From NCBI GenBank assembly GCA_026391215.1, contig JAPLDX010000060.1:50622-114621 (forward strand): a stretch of 64,000 nucleotides of DNA, read 5' to 3'. Origin of the DNA: Bacteroidia bacterium (GTDB taxonomy: Bacteria > Bacteroidota > Bacteroidia > Bacteroidales > VadinHA17). Made by a program: the position numbers and the translations under genes. Within the stretch, counting starts at the first letter, position 1. The number at the start of each line of letters is the position of its first letter. Shown piece after piece: positions 61,018 to 64,000 of this stretch. The notes below the pieces were generated by a model, which made no database searches, was not told where the DNA came from, and worked only from the letters and a program-made list of their open reading frames with translations.

Positions 61018-61063
61018 TGTCATTCCGAATGGAGCCGACACAGGAGGCGAAATGAGGAATCTC
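61018..61063 (+). repeat. REP-like element of the TGTCATTCC...GAGGAATCT type
   Basis: TGTCATTCCGAATGGAGCCGACACAGGAGGCGAAATGAGGAATCTC; shares TGTCATTCC with both IS flanks. Confidence 0.6.
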
Positions 61064-61182
61064 CTTATAACTTCCAGAGATCTTAAATTAGAAATTTTTA
61101 AAGATGAGAAGGGAGAATAATTCCATAAAATCCACGTTTTTATCAATGATATGAAATATTTATGTAATTTTGTGCACTTTTT

Positions 61183-62001
61183 ATGAGGTCAGGATACTAT
61201 ATATTATTGATACTTTTTGTTTTGGTCACCTCCTGCGGTGAGTATGAAAAACTCCTGAAGAGTGATGACTATGATTTGAAAAAGACAAAAGCACGGGAGT
61301 ACTATGATAACGAAAAGTATGTTAAAGCAACTGAATTGCTTGCGCAGCTGCTTCCCAGGTACAGGGCAACAGAAGAGGCAGAAGACCTGAACTGGCTGAA
61401 TGCCCAGAGCTTTTACAAGATGAAAGATTATTATTCAGCCGGGACCTATTTTAAGTCTTACGTAGATCAGTATCCTTTTGGAAAATATTCTGAAGAAGCA
61501 ACTTATATAGGAGCCCTTTGTGATTATAATACATCTTCGCGCGCTGAACTTGATCAGGAAACTACCAGGAATGCAATTGAGGGATTTAATGTTTTCATGA
61601 AGAGGTATCCATACAGCTCGAGAATAGAGGAATGTAAAACACTTATAAAGGAGCTTGAAGAAAGACTGGTCGAAAAATCATATCTGAGCGCAAAGCTCTA
61701 TTACGATATGAAACAGTATAAAGCTTCAATTACTGCTCTTACTAACAGCCTGAAAGAATTTTCCGATTCAAAATTCAGGGAGGAGATGATGTACCTCAAG
61801 TTGAGTTCACTTTTTCTCTATGCCGAAAAAAGTCTGGAAGTAAAGCAGAAGGAGAGGTACCAGGCGACTCTCGATGACTATTATTCATTTATGGAGGAGT
61901 TCCCTGAGAGCAAATATTCAAGAGAAGTAAAAAGGATATTTCAGAAAACCAGTGATTATCTTAAAACAGGAACAGTAGAACCAGTAGCAAATAATCAATA
62001 A
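61183..62001 (+). CDS. bamD: Outer membrane assembly lipoprotein BamD
   Basis: Lipobox VTSC-GEYEKLLKS; LDQETT; YPYS; sits in the conserved order before rpoZ. Confidence 0.88.
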   Translation: MRSGYYILLILFVLVTSCGEYEKLLKSDDYDLKKTKAREYYDNEKYVKATELLAQLLPRYRATEEAEDLNWLNAQSFYKMKDYYSAGTYFKSYVDQYPFGKYSEEATYIGALCDYNTSSRAELDQETTRNAIEGFNVFMKRYPYSSRIEECKTLIKELEERLVEKSYLSAKLYYDMKQYKASITALTNSLKEFSDSKFREEMMYLKLSSLFLYAEKSLEVKQKERYQATLDDYYSFMEEFPESKYSREVKRIFQKTSDYLKTGTVEPVANNQ

Positions 62002-62006
62002 AAAAT

Positions 62007-62336
62007 ATGGATTACAGAAAATCAAATGCCCCAGTAACAACAATTACGCGTAACATGGATAAACTTACGCAGGGAACAGGTAATGTTTATGAAACAGTGA
62101 TCATCGTATCAAGAAGATCTAACCAGATCGCTGTGGAGATGAAACAGGAGCTGAACAAGAAGCTTGAAGAATTTGCTTCATACAGCGATAACCTGGAGGA
62201 GGTCTTTGAAAATCGTGAGCAGATAGAGATTTCGAAATTCTATGAGAGACTTCCCAAACCGACTCTTATTGCACTTCAGGAGCTTGAAGAAGATAAGATT
62301 TTCCACAGGAATCCTGAGTTGGCAAAGCAAAAATAA
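62007..62336 (+). CDS. rpoZ: RNA polymerase omega subunit (Bacteroidota type)
   Basis: TGNVYE, LEEVFENREQIEISKFYERLPKPT. Confidence 0.88.
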   Translation: MDYRKSNAPVTTITRNMDKLTQGTGNVYETVIIVSRRSNQIAVEMKQELNKKLEEFASYSDNLEEVFENREQIEISKFYERLPKPTLIALQELEEDKIFHRNPELAKQK

Positions 62337-62348
62337 AATCTGCCTGAT

Positions 62349-63557
62349 ATGTTGAAAGGCAAAAATATACTTATTGGCGTAACAGGAGGCATTGCAGCCT
62401 ACAAAACTGCTTCGATCATCCGCCTTCTTGTCAGGGAAGGCGCTGAAGTGAAAGTGATCATGACAAACCATGCAAAGGAGTTCATTACTCCTCTCACTCT
62501 TTCGACATTATCAAAAAATCCGGTGTTTACTGAATTCTACAATCCTGAAAACGGTAACTGGAACAGCCATATTGACCTTGGTCTTTGGGCAGACCTTTTT
62601 CTTATTGCACCGGCAACTGCAAATTCAATAGCCAAAATGGCAAGCGGAATTGCCGACAACCTGCTTCTTACATCTTATTTATCAGCACGCTGCCCGATTT
62701 TCATCGCTCCATCCATGGATACGGACATGCTTAACCATCCGGCAACAATCATTAATATTGAAACCCTTAAAGCATTCGGGAACAAAATACTGGAGCCATC
62801 GACAGGAGACCTTGCAAGCGGTCTGACGGGAAAAGGAAGAATGGCCGAACCAGATGTAATAGTAAAGGAGATAATAAACTTCTTTACAAAAAAAAAAAGA
62901 GATAAGCCTCTGAGAGGAAAGCATATTCTTATAAATGCCGGTCCTACACGTGAATCAATAGATCCGGTCCGTTTCATAAGCAATTATTCATCAGGAAAAA
63001 TGGGGATCGCACTCGCTGATGCCGCTGTTGAATTCGGCGCAACAGTTGAGCTTGTCCTTGGCCCGGTTAATATACTCCCGCGAAATAATAGTGTCAGGAT
63101 AACCAGGGTTGTGACTGCCGAATCCATGGCATCCGAATGCATTTCAAAATTCCCGGATTGCGATATCGCTATATTGTCTGCTGCCGTTGCCGATTATACC
63201 CCGGTAAGGTCAGAAAAAGAAAAAATCAAAAAGAACGATAAAGCCCTCATACTGAAGCTAAAACCTACAACGGACATAGCTGAGGCTCTCGGCAAGATTA
63301 AAAAATCATCACAGGTGCTGGCGGGCTTTGCCCTGGAAACTGATAACGGCATCAATAATGCTAAGGGCAAGCTGAAGCGTAAAAACCTTGATATCATTGT
63401 GTTGAATTCATTAAAAGACAGGGGAGCTGGTTTTGTACACAATACTAACAAGATCACGATTATTGACAAGTACAATAATATTGATAAATTTGAGTTGAAA
63501 ACGAAAGAAGAAGCTGCCAGGGATATTCTTGACAAGATTGTTTCAATGTTCAAATAA
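62349..63557 (+). CDS. coaBC: Bifunctional CoaBC
   Basis: GVTGGIAAYK, APATAN, GKGRMAEP, AGPTRESIDPVRFISNYSSGKMG, GFALET. Confidence 0.95.
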   Translation: MLKGKNILIGVTGGIAAYKTASIIRLLVREGAEVKVIMTNHAKEFITPLTLSTLSKNPVFTEFYNPENGNWNSHIDLGLWADLFLIAPATANSIAKMASGIADNLLLTSYLSARCPIFIAPSMDTDMLNHPATIINIETLKAFGNKILEPSTGDLASGLTGKGRMAEPDVIVKEIINFFTKKKRDKPLRGKHILINAGPTRESIDPVRFISNYSSGKMGIALADAAVEFGATVELVLGPVNILPRNNSVRITRVVTAESMASECISKFPDCDIAILSAAVADYTPVRSEKEKIKKNDKALILKLKPTTDIAEALGKIKKSSQVLAGFALETDNGINNAKGKLKRKNLDIIVLNSLKDRGAGFVHNTNKITIIDKYNNIDKFELKTKEEAARDILDKIVSMFK

Positions 63558-63560
63558 AGG

Positions 63561-64000
63561 ATGACAATGTCCCGTTTTCAGAAATATTTGCTGATCGTAA
63601 TTCTGATCATTATTCCGGGATCTGTATTTTCCCAGGAACTTAACTGCAATATCCAGGTTTCTGCACAGAAGATACAAGGCTCCAACAGGCAGATGTTCGA
63701 GAACATGCAGCGCGATATTTATGAGTTCATGAACAACACGGTCTGGACCAATAATGTATTCAGCTATTCGGAAAGGATCGATTGCAATATTCTCATCAAC
63801 ATCACAAACCAGCTGTCTGCCGACGAATTCAGCGGAACAATACAGGTACAGCTCAAAAGGCCTGTTTTTAACACCACTTATAGCTCAACAGTCCTGAATT
63901 TCACTGATAATAACTTCAAGTTCAGGTACGTGGAATTTCAACCACTCGAATTTGATCCCACTACATACAGGTCCAGCCTTGTGTCTGTCCTGGCATACTA
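63561..64000 (+). CDS. DUF4835-family protein (partial, runs off the window end)
   Basis: Hand translation: signal peptide then QELNCNIQV...EFMNNTVWT...ERIDC...RPVFNTTY; conserved position after coaBC. Confidence 0.8.
   Translation, partial: MTMSRFQKYLLIVILIIIPGSVFSQELNCNIQVSAQKIQGSNRQMFENMQRDIYEFMNNTVWTNNVFSYSERIDCNILINITNQLSADEFSGTIQVQLKRPVFNTTYSSTVLNFTDNNFKFRYVEFQPLEFDPTTYRSSLVSVLAY

Noticed and set aside
60957-61063. tRNA or known ncRNA downstream of the IS
   Set aside because: No cloverleaf, T-loop or CCA; better explained as hairpin plus REP-like unit.

Overview
Mostly core chromosome of a Bacteroidota bacterium, probably an anaerobic Bacteroidales. Evidence: TAnnTTTG promoters, T9SS type-B CTD proteins, and the bamD-rpoZ-coaBC-DUF4835 and relA-fur-purA gene orders. 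It holds about 50 intact CDSs (ppdK, xerD, aroQ, pyk, nth, aroB, aroC, tilS, proS, pepD, purA, relA, glyA, tonB/exbD/exbB, tamB and others), one IS481-family element and several REP-like palindromes. I found no rRNA, tRNA or CRISPR array. The main find is at 26.5-35.3 kb: a complete nickel-pincer-nucleotide (NPN) biosynthesis operon (larC-larE-larB) with no larA in the window. It lies head-to-head with a Tat-exported DUF362 protein that carries a LarA-like H-x9-K...H motif and a membrane polyferredoxin, followed by mce, a CitD-CitE fusion, citF and rubredoxin. This is a candidate periplasmic NPN-dependent redox system (inference; novelty not verifiable without a literature search). Other points of interest: two tandem Tyr/Asn/Ser-rich exported proteins with matching sigma-54-type promoters next to a FadL-like barrel, an IS481 flanked by inverted rather than direct repeats, and an A11 run at the CoaC/CoaB junction. 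All calls come from reading the sequence; no searches were run.
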